Of a DNA stretch of 64,000 nt, positions 22,701 through 33,074 are shown piece by piece. The position numbers and the translations under genes were made by a program. The DNA lies in contig CAVYSY010000045.1 of assembly GCA_963771175.1 (NCBI GenBank), positions 131,748 through 195,747 on the forward strand, read 5' to 3'. This DNA is from an uncultured delta proteobacterium (GTDB lineage Bacteria > Myxococcota > Myxococcia > Myxococcales > Myxococcaceae). The notes under the pieces are model-generated. The model was not told where the DNA came from, searched no databases, and worked only from the letters and a program-made list of their open reading frames with translations. Each line of letters begins with the position of its first letter. Position 1 is the first letter of the stretch.

Positions 22701-23139
22701 CTTGTCCACCAGCGCGTACTGGAACACCCAGCCCACGCTGGTGGCGTCCGGGCCCAGCTCGGTCTTCACGTCCGGCGGCAGCTGCGGCGTGATCTTCGAC
22801 AGGTACTCGAGCACCCGCGTGCGCGCCCAGTACATGTCGGTGCCGTCCTCGAAGATGACGTAGACGTAGCTGAAGCCGAAGTCGGAGAAGCCGCGCATCG
22901 CCTTGACCTTCGGGCGCGCCCAGCAGCGCGGTGGTGATGGGGTAGGTGACCTGGTCCTCGATGATGTCGGGGCTGCGGTCCCACCGCGAGTAGACGATGA
23001 CCTGGGTGTCGGACAGGTCCGGCAGCGCGTCCAGCGGGATGTTCCGCATGGTCCACCAGGCGCCGAAGAGCGCCACCACGGTGGCCGCGATGACCAGGTA
23101 CTTGTTCTCCGCCGAGAAGCGGATGATGGCTCGAATCAT
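19789..23139 (-). CDS. cusA: CusA/CzcA heavy-metal efflux RND permease (several frameshifts)
   Basis: [82 protein letters not shown]. Confidence 0.92.
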
Positions 23140-23143
23140 GGGC

Positions 23144-24577
23144 TCAGTGGCCTCCGTGGCCGGAGGCGGCGGCGGGAGTGCCCGTCGGTGGCGAAGAGGG
23201 GGGAGGAGACGCCGTGGCGCCCCCCGAGGAGGTGGCGGCCAGCGCCGCCAGCGAGGCGCGCAGGCGCGATTCGGAGTCGATCAGGAAGTTGGCGCCGGTG
23301 ACGACCTGCTCGCCGGCCTTCAGGCCCGACGTCACCTCCACGCTCTTTCCGTCCGACTCGCCCAGGCGGACCTCACGCGGCTGGAAGCGGCCGTCGCCGA
23401 GCGCCACGAAGACGACCTGGGTGGTGCCGGTGGGAACGACCGCGTCGGACGGAATCTTCAGCCCCTCGCGGGTCGTGCCCCGGAGCACCACCTCGCCGAA
23501 CATCTCGGGGCGCAGGTCGCCGTCGGGGTTGGGGAACTCCAGGCGCACCTTGACGGTGCGCGTGGCCGGATCGAGCACCGGGTCGAGGAAGGACACCTTC
23601 CCGGCGAAGACACGGTTGGGGAAGGCCTTGAGCTGAAGCGTGGCGGTCATGCCCACCTTCACGTGGCGCAGCTCGCTCTCGTACACGTCGGCGAGGACCC
23701 ACACGCGCGACAGGTCGACGATCTCATAGGGCGAGGTGCCCACCTCGAGGCGCGCCCCCTCCACGACGTCCTTCTTGGTGACGACTCCGGAGATGGGCGA
23801 CACCAGGGTGAGGGAGCGGCTGGCCTCGCCCGTCTCGGCGAGCCGCTCGAGGGTGGCCGGCGGCACGTCCCACAGCTGCAGCTTGCGTCGAGCCGCCGCC
23901 ACCAGGGCGTCGCCGTCCGTCGCCATCCCGCCGCCCTGGCCAGGGCCTGGCGGGTGCGCAGCGCCAGCAGGTACTCCTCCTGGGCCGCGAGCAGCTCGGG
24001 GCTGTAGACGGAGAAGAGCGGCTCGCCCTGTCGCACCGGCTTGCCGATGAAGTCCACGTACACGCGCTCGACGAAGCCGGGCACCTTCAGGTTGACGCGG
24101 CGCACGCGGGTCTCGTCCATGGCCACGCGGCCGATGGTCCGCCAGGTGCCGCCCGACCTTGCCCTCCGTCACCGGTGCGGTGCGCAGGCCGATGAGCTGC
24201 TGGCGCGAGGGGTCGATGGTGATGGGGGCCAGGCCGTCCACCGCGGGGGTGCCCGGGTCGCCGGGAGAAGCCGACACGGGCGTCATCGCCACCAGGTCCA
24301 TGCCGCAGATGGGGCACTTGCCCGGGTGGTCCTGCACGATGCTCGGGTGCATCGGGCACTGGTATTTCGTGGCCGCCGGCTCGGAGGCGGCCGGGGTGGC
24401 GGTGGCCGCGGCGGCCGGCGCGTGGGCGTCGTGCGCCTCCTTCCCGTGCGCCAGCAGGTGCACGGCGCCGCCGCCGAGGACCGCGCTGGCCAGTGCCGTA
24501 GCGGCGAGCGCAGCGGCTCCGAAGCGGCGGCGCGCGGGGGGCGGCGAGGGGGGGAGTGGGGGAGTCACGAGAGACAT
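23144..24577 (-). CDS. cusB: CusB-like RND periplasmic adaptor with heavy-metal-binding domain (frameshifted)
   Basis: YQCPMHP...CPICGMDL, YSPELLAAQEEYL, TRTVKVRLEFPNPDGDLRPEMF, ANFLIDSESRL. Confidence 0.88.
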   Translation of the reverse strand: MSLVTPPLPPSPPPARRRFGAAALAATALASAVLGGGAVHLLAHGKEAHDAHAPAAAATATPAASEPAATKYQCPMHPSIVQDHPGKCPICGMDLVAMTPVSASPGDPGTPAVDGLAPITIDPSRQQLIGLRTAPVTEGKVGRHLADHRPRGHGRDPRAPRQPEGARLRRARVRGLHRQAGATGRAALLRLQPRAARGPGGVPAGAAHPPGPGQGGGMATDGDALVAAARRKLQLWDVPPATLERLAETGEASRSLTLVSPISGVVTKKDVVEGARLEVGTSPYEIVDLSRVWVLADVYESELRHVKVGMTATLQLKAFPNRVFAGKVSFLDPVLDPATRTVKVRLEFPNPDGDLRPEMFGEVVLRGTTREGLKIPSDAVVPTGTTQVVFVALGDGRFQPREVRLGESDGKSVEVTSGLKAGEQVVTGANFLIDSESRLRASLAALAATSSGGATASPPPSSPPTGTPAAASGHGGH

Positions 24578-24590
24578 GGGTTCTCCAGGG

Positions 24591-26091
24591 CTACATCCCT
24601 GACATGGAGGAAGAGGATGATGGGGCCGCACTGGGAGCGCCGCCCGCGGGGGTGGCGCCGCGCGCGGGAGCGGACGGGGTGCTCCCCGCCCCGGGCATGC
24701 CGCCCGTTGCCTGACCGCCGTCGCCCATGGCTGCCACGGGCTCCAGGCTCACTTCGGCGTGGGCGATGGCGAGGCGCTGCGCGTCGACGAGCGTCCGCAG
24801 GTAGTCTTCCTCGTCGCGGATGACGCCGGTGTTGGCCTCCAGCACCGAGGCGAACGAGGCACGCCCTACGCGGTACTGCGTCAGGGTGCTCTCGACGGTC
24901 GCCGCCGACTGCGTCAGCAGGCCGTCGCGGTAGATGGCCGCCGTGTCGCGCAGCGCGGCCAGGGCGATGAGGCGCTCCCGCACCCGCAGGCGGAGCACCT
25001 GCTCCAGGGCCTCCGTCGCGTGGGTGTTTGCCTCGGCCAGGGCGCTGCTCTCGGCCACCGCGCGGTTCTGCTTCCTCCCGGCGAAGACGGGCAGGTTGAC
25101 GCCGACGTTGGCCTGCCACATGGGGGGAAAGTCGCCGCCCCGGGGCATCACCCCCGCGCTCAAGGTGAAGTCGGGCAGGCGCTCACGGCGCGCCAGTGCC
25201 ACCTGCTGCTCGGCCTGTGCCACGCAACGCGCGTTGCTGGGCCAGTTCAGGGCTGTGCGCGAGCGCGTTCCTCACCGCTGATTCGGGGTCGCCGAGCTCT
25301 GGCACTCCCAGGTCACGCACGCGCGTGGTGGTGGGCAGGGGCTCCTCCAGGGGCCGACCGCTCAGGCGATTCAGGGTCTGCACACGGGTGCGCTCCTCGG
25401 CCTGCAGCGCCAGCCGACGCTGGCGCAGCCGGTTGAGCTCGAGCTGGGCGCGCAGCAGGTCGGACTGGGCCCCCTCTCCGGTCTCGTAGCGGATGCGGGC
25501 CGTGTCGGCGGACTGCTTCCAGAGCGCCTCGAGCCGGTCCAGCAGAGCGAGCCGCTCGCGCACCAGCAGCAGGTCGAGGTAGCCCCGGCGCACCTCGGCC
25601 TTGATGGACAGCCGCGCGCGCGCCACCTGCGTCGACGCGGCCGTGGCGCCGAGCTGTGCGACCTCGGTGCGCAGCGCGCGCTTGCCTGGGAAGGGCAGTG
25701 CCTGGGAGGCCATGATGCTCAGGTAGCTGCCCTCCATCTCGCCGATCATGAGGCCGTCGAAGCCGTCGTTCTGGATACCCAGCTGCAACACCGGGTCTGG
25801 CAGGGCACCCGCCTGGGGTACACGCTCCCGAGCGGCCTGGACCTGAGCCTCGGCCTGGCGCAGCTCGGGGCGCGTCTCGAGGGCTTCCGCGAGGAGCTGC
25901 GCCAGCGTCGGGTCCGTCGGCAGCGCCGGTGCGGAGGCCGCTTGCGTGGACGGCGTGCGAGTGTCCCCCTGCGCGGGCGCCGCCAGGGGCGAGAACAGCG
26001 CCAGCGCGAGGGCGAGGTGCCCTATCGGATGGCGCCGCCAGCCCGAGGTGGGGACAGGCTGGGAAAGGTCGTGAGTGGGTTGCACGGCCAT
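24591..26091 (-). CDS. TolC-family outer-membrane efflux protein (CusC-like); start uncertain, one frameshift
   Basis: Signal peptide, QAGALPDPVLQLG, QALPFPGKR, RYETGEGAQSDLLRAQ; C-terminal part in ORF 24591..25223. Confidence 0.85.
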
Positions 26092-26097
26092 GGGTTG

Positions 26098-26113
26098 TGC
26101 AGGGCTTGTGCCA
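26098..26113 (-). promoter_or_regulatory. Sigma54 -24/-12 promoter of the cus operon
   Basis: Minus strand TGGCAC-AAGCC-CTGCA with canonical GG-N10-GC spacing; an NtrC-type activator is adjacent. Confidence 0.7.
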
Positions 26114-26207
26114 CGGGCCGTGTCCCGTCCGAGTGAGGCGGACCCCGGGGGCGCGGCGTGCTCCATCGGTGGCGTGCCCGGCGCGATAGGAGCCCGGTGC
26201 GTCACGG

Positions 26208-26226
26208 TGTAACCGCGGGAATCACA
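26208..26226. promoter_or_regulatory. Candidate enhancer site TGTAAC-N7-ATCACA
   Basis: Imperfect palindrome between two divergent sigma54 promoters; near-identical geometry at 29671. Confidence 0.5.
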
Positions 26227-26268
26227 TCTCCCGTGGGGAGACAAGCGCATAGGCTGGGGGAGGGCAGG

Positions 26269-26284
26269 TGGCATCCGGCTTGCG
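26269..26284 (+). promoter_or_regulatory. Sigma54 -24/-12 promoter of the two-component operon
   Basis: TGGCAT-CCGGC-TTGCG, 26 nt upstream of ATG 26311. Confidence 0.72.
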
Positions 26285-26310
26285 TAGTACAGATGGAGGA
26301 GAGCTCATTC

Positions 26311-27756
26311 ATGCAGGTCCCCTCAGGCACCGCCAGGCGTCTCGGCCTGGCCCTCGCCGCCCTGGTTTCCCTCTTCGTGGTCTCATCCGTTCTGGTACTC
26401 GTGCACATGCGGGAGATTCATTCCCGCCTGGTCGAGATGCAGGCGCGGCAGCATGCCGTCCGCTCGGCGCTCGAGGTGGCCAGCGCCATCCGGGACACCT
26501 ACGCGCACCAGGCTCACACCCTCATCCTGGGAAACGACAGCCACCTGCACTTCTACGAGGCGGCTGCCGGCCGGGTGACCCGGCTGACGGAGGAGATGAA
26601 GGCGCAGGCCTGGGGCCCGAGGAGCGGGCCTGGGTGGCGGACATCGAGCGTGCACAGAAGTCGCTGGACACGCTCTTCCGCGAAGCGCTCCTGCCGGCGG
26701 TGCTGGCGGGAAGGCAGGAGGACATGGAGCGCGAGCATGGCCGGGCGCTGGGGCTCGTGTCCCAGATGGAAGAGCGCACGGACCGGCTGGTGAGCCATTT
26801 CAACCGCTCGGTGGATTCGGCCGAGGCACGTGTGGGCGAACTTCGAGAGCTCCGCCTTCCAGTGGACCCTGTTCTTCCTGGTGGGCGCGCCGCTGCTGGC
26901 CATCGGCGTGGGCGTCTACATCGTCCGCTCGGTGGCCCGGCCCATGGCCCGGCTGCGCGAGGGCGCGGCGCGGCTGGCCGCTGGAGACATGCACGCGCGT
27001 ATCGACGTCGCGACCCCCGACGAGTTCGGCGAGCTGGCGCGCCAGTTCAACGCCATGACGGCGGCACTGCGCGAGCACCAGGAGCGGCTGGTGCAGAGCG
27101 AGAAGCTCGCGGGCATCGGCAGGCTGGCGGCGGGCGTGGCCCACGAAATCAACAACCCGCTCACCGTCATCCTCGGCTATGTGGGCATGATGAAGAAGAA
27201 GGCGGAGGGGAGCCTGCGCGAGGATCTCCAGGTCATCGAGGACGAGGCGGTGCGTAGCCGCGACATCGTCGAGGACCTGCTCGCGCTCTCGCGCCCACTC
27301 CAGGCCGAGCCAGAGCCGGTGGACTTGCGCGCCTTGTGCGAGGAGGTGGTGGAGCGGCTGAGGCAGGGGGGCCAGCTTGGCGCCGTGCAGGTGGACGTCG
27401 AAGGCGAGGCGCGTACCGCGGGGCACCTGACGAAGCTGCGCCAGGTGGTCCTCAATCTGATGCGTAACGCGGTGGATGCATGTGGAGAGGAGGGGCGGGT
27501 GCGGGTGCGCCTGGCGCAGACGGAGAAGGGAGCCGAGCTGCACGTGGAGGACACGGGCCCGGGCCTGAGTGTCACGGCGCGCGAGCGTCTCTTCGAGCCC
27601 TTCTTCACCACGAAGCCCAGCGGGACAGGGCTGGGCCTGGCCATCAGCCAGAGCATCGTGCAGGCGCATGGTGGCAACCTGGAGGCTGCCGCCGGTCCGG
27701 GGCCGGGCGCACACTTCACGGTGTGGCTGCCAGCCATGTTGCCGGGGAGGGCGTGA
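26311..27756 (+). CDS. Sensor histidine kinase with HAMP domain (CorS-like by context); frameshifted
   Basis: Two TMs around a His-containing periplasmic domain, DEFGELARQFNAM, GVAHEINNPL, EDTGPG, FEPFFTTK, GTGLGL. Confidence 0.92.
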
Positions 27757-27759
27757 GGC

Positions 27760-29160
27760 ATGGAAACGCGCGGACGCGTGCTGGTGGTGGATGACAAGGA
27801 GAACATCCTCAAGCTCTTCGCCCGGCTGCTGGGCGACACCTATGAGGTGACGTGCGCGGAGGACGGGGCGCGCGCGCTGTCGCTGGTGGCGGCGCAGGAG
27901 TTCGACGTCGTGGTGTCCGACGTCCGCATGCCAGGGGCGGACGGCTTCGAGGTGCTGCGCGCCGTCAAGTCCCGCCACCCCGATACCGAAGTGGTGATGA
28001 TGACGGGCTACGCCACGGTGCCGGATGCGGTGGAGGCGATGCGGGCGGGTGCCTTCGACTACCTCCAGAAGCCCTTCCTCCCCGACGCCCCCGCCGAGCT
28101 GGTCGCACGGGCGATGGAGCGCCGGCGGCTGCGCCTCCAGGCGGAGGTGTTGGGGCAGAAGTCGCCGAGCACGGACTTCTCCTTCCTCGGAGTCGTGGGC
28201 CGCAGCGCGGCGATGCAGGAGGCGCATCGGCTCATCGAGCAGGCGGCGCGCCTGGACATCACCGTGCTGCTGACGGGCGAGACGGGCACGGGCAAGGAGC
28301 TGGCGGCGCGTGCCGTACACCTCAACAGCGCCCGGCGTGAGCGCCCCTTCGTGGCCGTCAACTGTGGGGCACTTCCGACGGAGCTCGTGGAGAGCGAGCT
28401 GTTCGGCCACGGAAAGGGGGCCTTCACCGGTGCGGCCCAGGCCAAGGCGGGTCTCTTCGAGGAGGCCAACGGCGGAACGCTCTTCCTGGATGAGGTGGGG
28501 GAGTTGCCGCTGAGCGCGCAGGTGAAGCTCCTGCGCGTGCTGCAAGAGAGGGAGGTCCGGCGCGTGGGCGAGACGCGGCCCGTGCAGGTGGACGTGCGGG
28601 TGGTGGCGGCCACCCACCGTGACCTGCGTGCCGAGGCGGCCCAGGGGCGCTTCCGGGAGGACCTCTTCTATCGGCTCAATATCTTCCCGGTGCAGCTGCC
28701 GCCCCTGCGCGAGCGCAAGGAGGACATTCCGCTGCTGGCGGCCCACCTTCTCGACAAGCACTGCAAGACGATGGGGCGCACGCTGGAGGGGATGACCCCG
28801 GAGGCGCTGCGTGCGCTCATGGGCTACCCGTGGCCGGGTAACGTGCGTGAGTTGGAGAACGCCATCATGCGAGCGGTGGCGGTGGCCACCGGGCCCGCCG
28901 TGACAGAGCGCGACCTGCCGCTCGAGGTGCGGGAGCGTCAGGAAGGAGCCCTACCGGGCGGGGCGGCGAAGCATCTGCCTTATCGGGACGCGCTCGACCT
29001 GGCCAGGGATCGCTTCTCGCGCGAATACCTCACGGCACTGCTGCGTGACTTCGAGGGCAACGTCACCCGTGCCGCCGAGCACGCCGGTATCGAGCGCGAG
29101 AGCCTGCACCGGCTGCTGAAGCGCCACAGCATCCGCTCCGACGACTTCAAGCCGAGGTAG
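27760..29160 (+). CDS. Sigma54-dependent response regulator (NtrC family; CorR-like by context)
   Basis: REC domain (VVDD, SDVRMP), GETGTGKE, GAFTGA, LFLDEVGEL, Fis-type HTH. Confidence 0.95.
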   Translation: METRGRVLVVDDKENILKLFARLLGDTYEVTCAEDGARALSLVAAQEFDVVVSDVRMPGADGFEVLRAVKSRHPDTEVVMMTGYATVPDAVEAMRAGAFDYLQKPFLPDAPAELVARAMERRRLRLQAEVLGQKSPSTDFSFLGVVGRSAAMQEAHRLIEQAARLDITVLLTGETGTGKELAARAVHLNSARRERPFVAVNCGALPTELVESELFGHGKGAFTGAAQAKAGLFEEANGGTLFLDEVGELPLSAQVKLLRVLQEREVRRVGETRPVQVDVRVVAATHRDLRAEAAQGRFREDLFYRLNIFPVQLPPLRERKEDIPLLAAHLLDKHCKTMGRTLEGMTPEALRALMGYPWPGNVRELENAIMRAVAVATGPAVTERDLPLEVRERQEGALPGGAAKHLPYRDALDLARDRFSREYLTALLRDFEGNVTRAAEHAGIERESLHRLLKRHSIRSDDFKPR

Positions 29161-29177
29161 AGGCCGGCCGTGGCGGG

Positions 29178-29543
29178 CTACTGGACGGTGACAATCCCGC
29201 TGATGTGGTCCATGGAGCATGTGTAGCGCAACGTGCCCGTCTCGCTGGGGGTGAACTCCACCGTCACCGGCGTGTCCAGGGGCAGCGGCTGGTTGATGCC
29301 CAGGTCGTCCAGGATGATCTCCTTGGCGCACGTCTTGTCCGTCTTGCGAGTGATCACGAGGCGGACCAGGTGTCCCGCCTTCACCTTCACGTCCGCTGGC
29401 TCGAAGCCCTTGGACGTCACCGTGAGCTCCACGGTATGGACTCCGTTTTTGCCGGCCGGGGCGGCAGCGGGCTTCTTCGCGGCTGCTGGAGTGGCAACGG
29501 CCAGGGTGAGGGCAGCAAGGGCTCCCATCAAAATCATCTTCAT
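29178..29543 (-). CDS. Small secreted cupredoxin-domain protein
   Basis: SD AGGAG, signal peptide, GFEPADVKVKAG, TCAKE...YTCSMDHISG. Confidence 0.85.
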   Translation of the reverse strand: MKMILMGALAALTLAVATPAAAKKPAAAPAGKNGVHTVELTVTSKGFEPADVKVKAGHLVRLVITRKTDKTCAKEIILDDLGINQPLPLDTPVTVEFTPSETGTLRYTCSMDHISGIVTVQ

Positions 29544-29581
29544 CGGTGTGCTTCTCCTGGAGTGTTGGCACCGGCCTCCAA

Positions 29582-29597
29582 AGCACAACGCGTGCCG
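29582..29597 (-). promoter_or_regulatory. Sigma54 promoter of the cupredoxin gene
   Basis: Minus strand CGGCAC-GCGTT-GTGCT (GG-N10-GC). Confidence 0.62.
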
Positions 29598-29670
29598 AGG
29601 TGTGCATACGCCTGTTCTCGCGGGGTTGGCGGTGCGAGATGCCCGGCCGGAGTGTCCAGGCGGGTTTCCC

Positions 29671-29689
29671 TGTAACCCGCCCGGTCACG
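29671..29689. promoter_or_regulatory. Candidate enhancer site TGTAAC-N7-GTCACG
   Basis: Same half-sites and spacing as 26208-26226, about 75 bp upstream of a sigma54 promoter. Confidence 0.5.
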
Positions 29690-29778
29690 GTCTGGTGTGT
29701 GCTTCCACGCCTGCCCGGCTGGCGCTGCCTGCCTCGGCGGCTGGCCTGCCTCCATCAGGGCCATGTGCTGTGAGGCTG

Positions 29779-29802
29779 TGAACCCTACCGGCCTCGTTCG
29801 TC
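29779..29802 (+). promoter_or_regulatory. Possible ECF sigma promoter (TGAACC-N14-CGTC) for the lipoprotein-tolC-mco operon
   Basis: AAC and CGT elements are typical of ECF promoters; inference only. Confidence 0.35.
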
Positions 29803-29891
29803 CTGGCGTGAGATGACTCCTGCCACACCCGGCACCACCCTCCGGTTGGACACCTGGCTGGCCCAGGCCGGCCACGTCCCCGAGGACATCC

Positions 29892-30128
29892 ATGCGCCGA
29901 ACCCTCTGTGTATTGGCAAGCATTCTTTCCCTCGCGGCCTGTGTTTCCGAGCCGAAGAGGCTGTCCGCCGCGATGGACCCGTCGAATCCGGAGGCACCCG
30001 AGGCTCCACCCACGTCCCCGCCGAGCGCCTTCGCGGCCTCCACTTCCGAGGTGCCCGCGGACGCGGGTCAGCCCGGCTCCGCGCCTTCGGGCCATGACCA
30101 CGGCTCTGGACACGGATCGCATCCGTGA
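29892..30128 (+). CDS. Small lipoprotein with His-rich C-terminus
   Basis: Lipobox LAAC, DPSNPEAPE, tail GHDHGSGHGSHP; overlaps the start of the next gene. Confidence 0.7.
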   Translation: MRRTLCVLASILSLAACVSEPKRLSAAMDPSNPEAPEAPPTSPPSAFAASTSEVPADAGQPGSAPSGHDHGSGHGSHP

Positions 30129-31490
30129 GGTTGTCCGTACTGATGGGCGCGGCGCTGCTTGCGGGCGGCTGTGCGTCCATCCAGAAGGAGCGAGGCCACG
30201 CGGAGGTGGCGGCGCTCGTCGAGGAGCGACTGGGCCGGAAGACGCGCTGGAACCAGGGGACGCCCGAGGACGCCGAGGTCTCGCGCCATCTCGACGCGCT
30301 CCTGAAGGAGGAGCTCACCTCGGACCGTGCGGTGGAGGTGGCCCTGCTCAACAATCCGGCGCTTCAGTCCACCTACGAGGACCTGGGCGTCTCGCAGGCC
30401 GACATGGTGCAGGCCGGGCTGCTCTCCAACCCCACCTTGGATGGAGCGTCGGCTTCCCCATCTCCGGGGCCGGCTTCTCCGAGCACGAGGTCTCGCTGGT
30501 TCAGAATTTCGTGGAGCTCTTCACGCTCCCCCTGCGCAAGCGCGTGGCCCAGGAGCAGTTCGTGGCCGACACGCTGCGGGTGGCACACGAGGCGCTGGCC
30601 ACCGCGGCCGAGGTGCGCAGGACTTTCAGCGAGGTGCAGGCCCTCCAGCAACTCGTGGAGCTGCGCCGCATGGCGCTTCGAGGCGGCCGAGTCGCTCGGC
30701 GGACCTCTCCGCCCGGTTGCGCGCCGCGGGCAACATCACGGAGCTGGCGCTCGCCAGTGAACAGGCCGCCGCCGAGGGGGCCCGGCTCGAGCTGGCGGAG
30801 GACGAGCTCGCCCTGGTGGAGGCGCGGGAGCACCTCAACCGCCTCATGGGGCTGTGGGGCCCACGCACGCAGTGGACGATCTCCGAGAAGCTTCCGGAGT
30901 TGCCCGCGCGGAGGCCTCCGCTGGAACAACTGGAGTCACTCGCCATCCGCCAGCGGCTCGACATCGACGCGGCCCGGAAGCAGGTCGCGCTGCTCTGGAA
31001 TGCGCTGGAGCTGACACGCAGCACTCGCTTCTTCGGCCGCGTGGAAGTGGGCGTCCACACGCACCGTGACGCGGACGGCCCCAGGCTCTTCGGCCCCACC
31101 CTGACGCTGGAGCTGCCCATCTTCGACCAGCGACAGGCCCTCATCGCCCGCCTGGAGGCCCAGCACCGACAGGGCGAGCGGCGGCTCATGGAGCTGTCCG
31201 TCAACGCCCGCTCGGAGGTCCGCGCCGCCCGCGCCCGGCTGCTGTCGCTCCGCCTGGTGGTCGACCGCTATCGGCGGGTGGTGCTGCCCCTGCGCGAGAA
31301 GGTCGTCGAGCAGTCGCAGCTCCAGTACAACGCCATGCAGATCGGCCTCTTCCAATTGCTCACCGCCAGGCGCGAGCAGGTGGAGGCATACCGGGGCTAC
31401 ATCGAAGCGGTCCGCGACTACTGGATGGCGAGAGCCGACCTGGAGCGGCTCGTGGGTGGTCGCCTTCGCGACCGGACCGAGTCCCCGTGA
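30125..31490 (+). CDS. TolC-family lipoprotein associated with copper oxidase (frameshifted)
   Basis: Lipobox LAGGC, AVEVALLNNPALQ, QAGLLSNP, ELPIFDQRQ, LQYNAMQIGLFQLL. Confidence 0.87.
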
Positions 31491-32930
31491 GCCAACACGC
31501 GACTGACTCCGAGCAGGTCCGAGGGCACGCGGCCTGCGCGGAGCACCTCTGATGACACTGACTCCGGACGAAGGGCCCTGGATCCGACGGCGGAACCCTC
31601 CGCGCTGGTGACCACGGGCGCCACGCTCGCGGGAGGCGCGCTGCTGCTGAAGAGCGGCACCGGCCACGCGCAGGCGGGCAGGCCGTCCGCGAGGCGGGAC
31701 TGGCTTCCGCCCGGAATGCCGAATCGCGACTACCGGCCCGTCGTGGTGCCCAACGGCTCGAAAGCTGCCCTGGAAGGTCGTGGACGGCGTGAAGGTCTTC
31801 CACCTGGTGGCCGAGGAGGTGGAGCACGAGTTCGCCCCGGGACTGAAGGCCCTCTGCTGGGGCTACAACGGCCGGGTCCACGGGCCCACCATCGAGGCGG
31901 TGGAGGGCGACCGGGTGCGCATCTACGTCACCAACCGGCTGCCGGCGGCCACCACCGTCCACTGGCACGGCATCCTGCTGCCCAACGGCATGGACGGCGT
32001 GGGTGGCCTCAACCAGAAGTCCATCGCCCCGGGTGAGACGTATCCGGTACGAGTTCACCCTGCGCCAGTCGGGTACGGCCATGTACCACTCGCACCATGA
32101 CGAGATGACGCAGATCGGCCTCGGGCATGACGGGCATCTTCGTCATCCACCCGCGCCGGCCCGTGGGGCCCCGCATCGACCGCGACTTCGTCATCCTGCT
32201 GCATGAGTGGCGCATCGACGTCGGCACCGCGCCGGCCCAATCCGAACGAGATGACGGACTTCAACGTGCTCACCATGAACGCGCAAGGCGTTCCCGGGCA
32301 CGGAGCCGCTCGTGGTGCGCCAGGGCGAGCGGGTGCGCATCCGGCTGGGCAACCTGAGCCCGCAGAACCACCACCCCATCCACCTGCACGGCTTCCACTT
32401 CCGCGTCACCGAGACGGACGGCGGGCGCATTCCCGAGTCCGCGCAGCGGCCGGAGGCGACGGTGCTCGTCCCCGTGGGCAGCACGCGCACCATCGAGTTC
32501 GTGGCCGACGAGCCCGGCGACTGGGCCCTGCACTGCCACATGACCCACCACATGATGAACCAGATGGGCCACGAGTTCCCCAACATGATTGGGCGTGAAG
32601 CCGGGCGACCTGGACGCGAAGGTGCGCACGCTGCTGCCGGGCTACATGACCATGGGCCAGACGGGCATGGCGGAGATGGGCGAGATGGGAATGCCCGTGC
32701 CGCCCAACTCCATCCCCATGATGGGGGCCCGGGGCAAGCACGACTCCATCACCGTGGGCGGCATGTTCACCGTGCTCAAGGTGCGCGAGCGGCTGGCGAG
32801 CTACGCGGACCCGGGCTGGTACGACAACCCGCCCGGCACGCTGGCGGTGGAGGCGAGCGCGGATGAGCTGCGCCGGGACGGCATCGACGTGAACGCTCCG
32901 CCCGCGGTCGAGCCCGGCTCTCCGGCCTGA
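31487..32930 (+). CDS. Multicopper oxidase (Tat-exported, Met-rich tail); frameshifted, start uncertain
   Basis: Cu-binding motifs HWHG, YHSH, HPIHLHG and HCHMTHH across ORFs 31780, 32003, 32312 and 32589; RRR plus hydrophobic leader near 31585. Confidence 0.9.
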
Positions 32931-33074
32931 CTCATGAGCGGGCGGGTTGCTGGGCGTCTTTACCTCCGCCCGTCCAGCGACACCCCGGCTTGCTCCACGT
33001 GCTCGGCGACCCGACCTTCGTGTGAAGAGGGGCAAGCGCGCACAGGGACAGCACACACCGAGGAGGGGCACACC

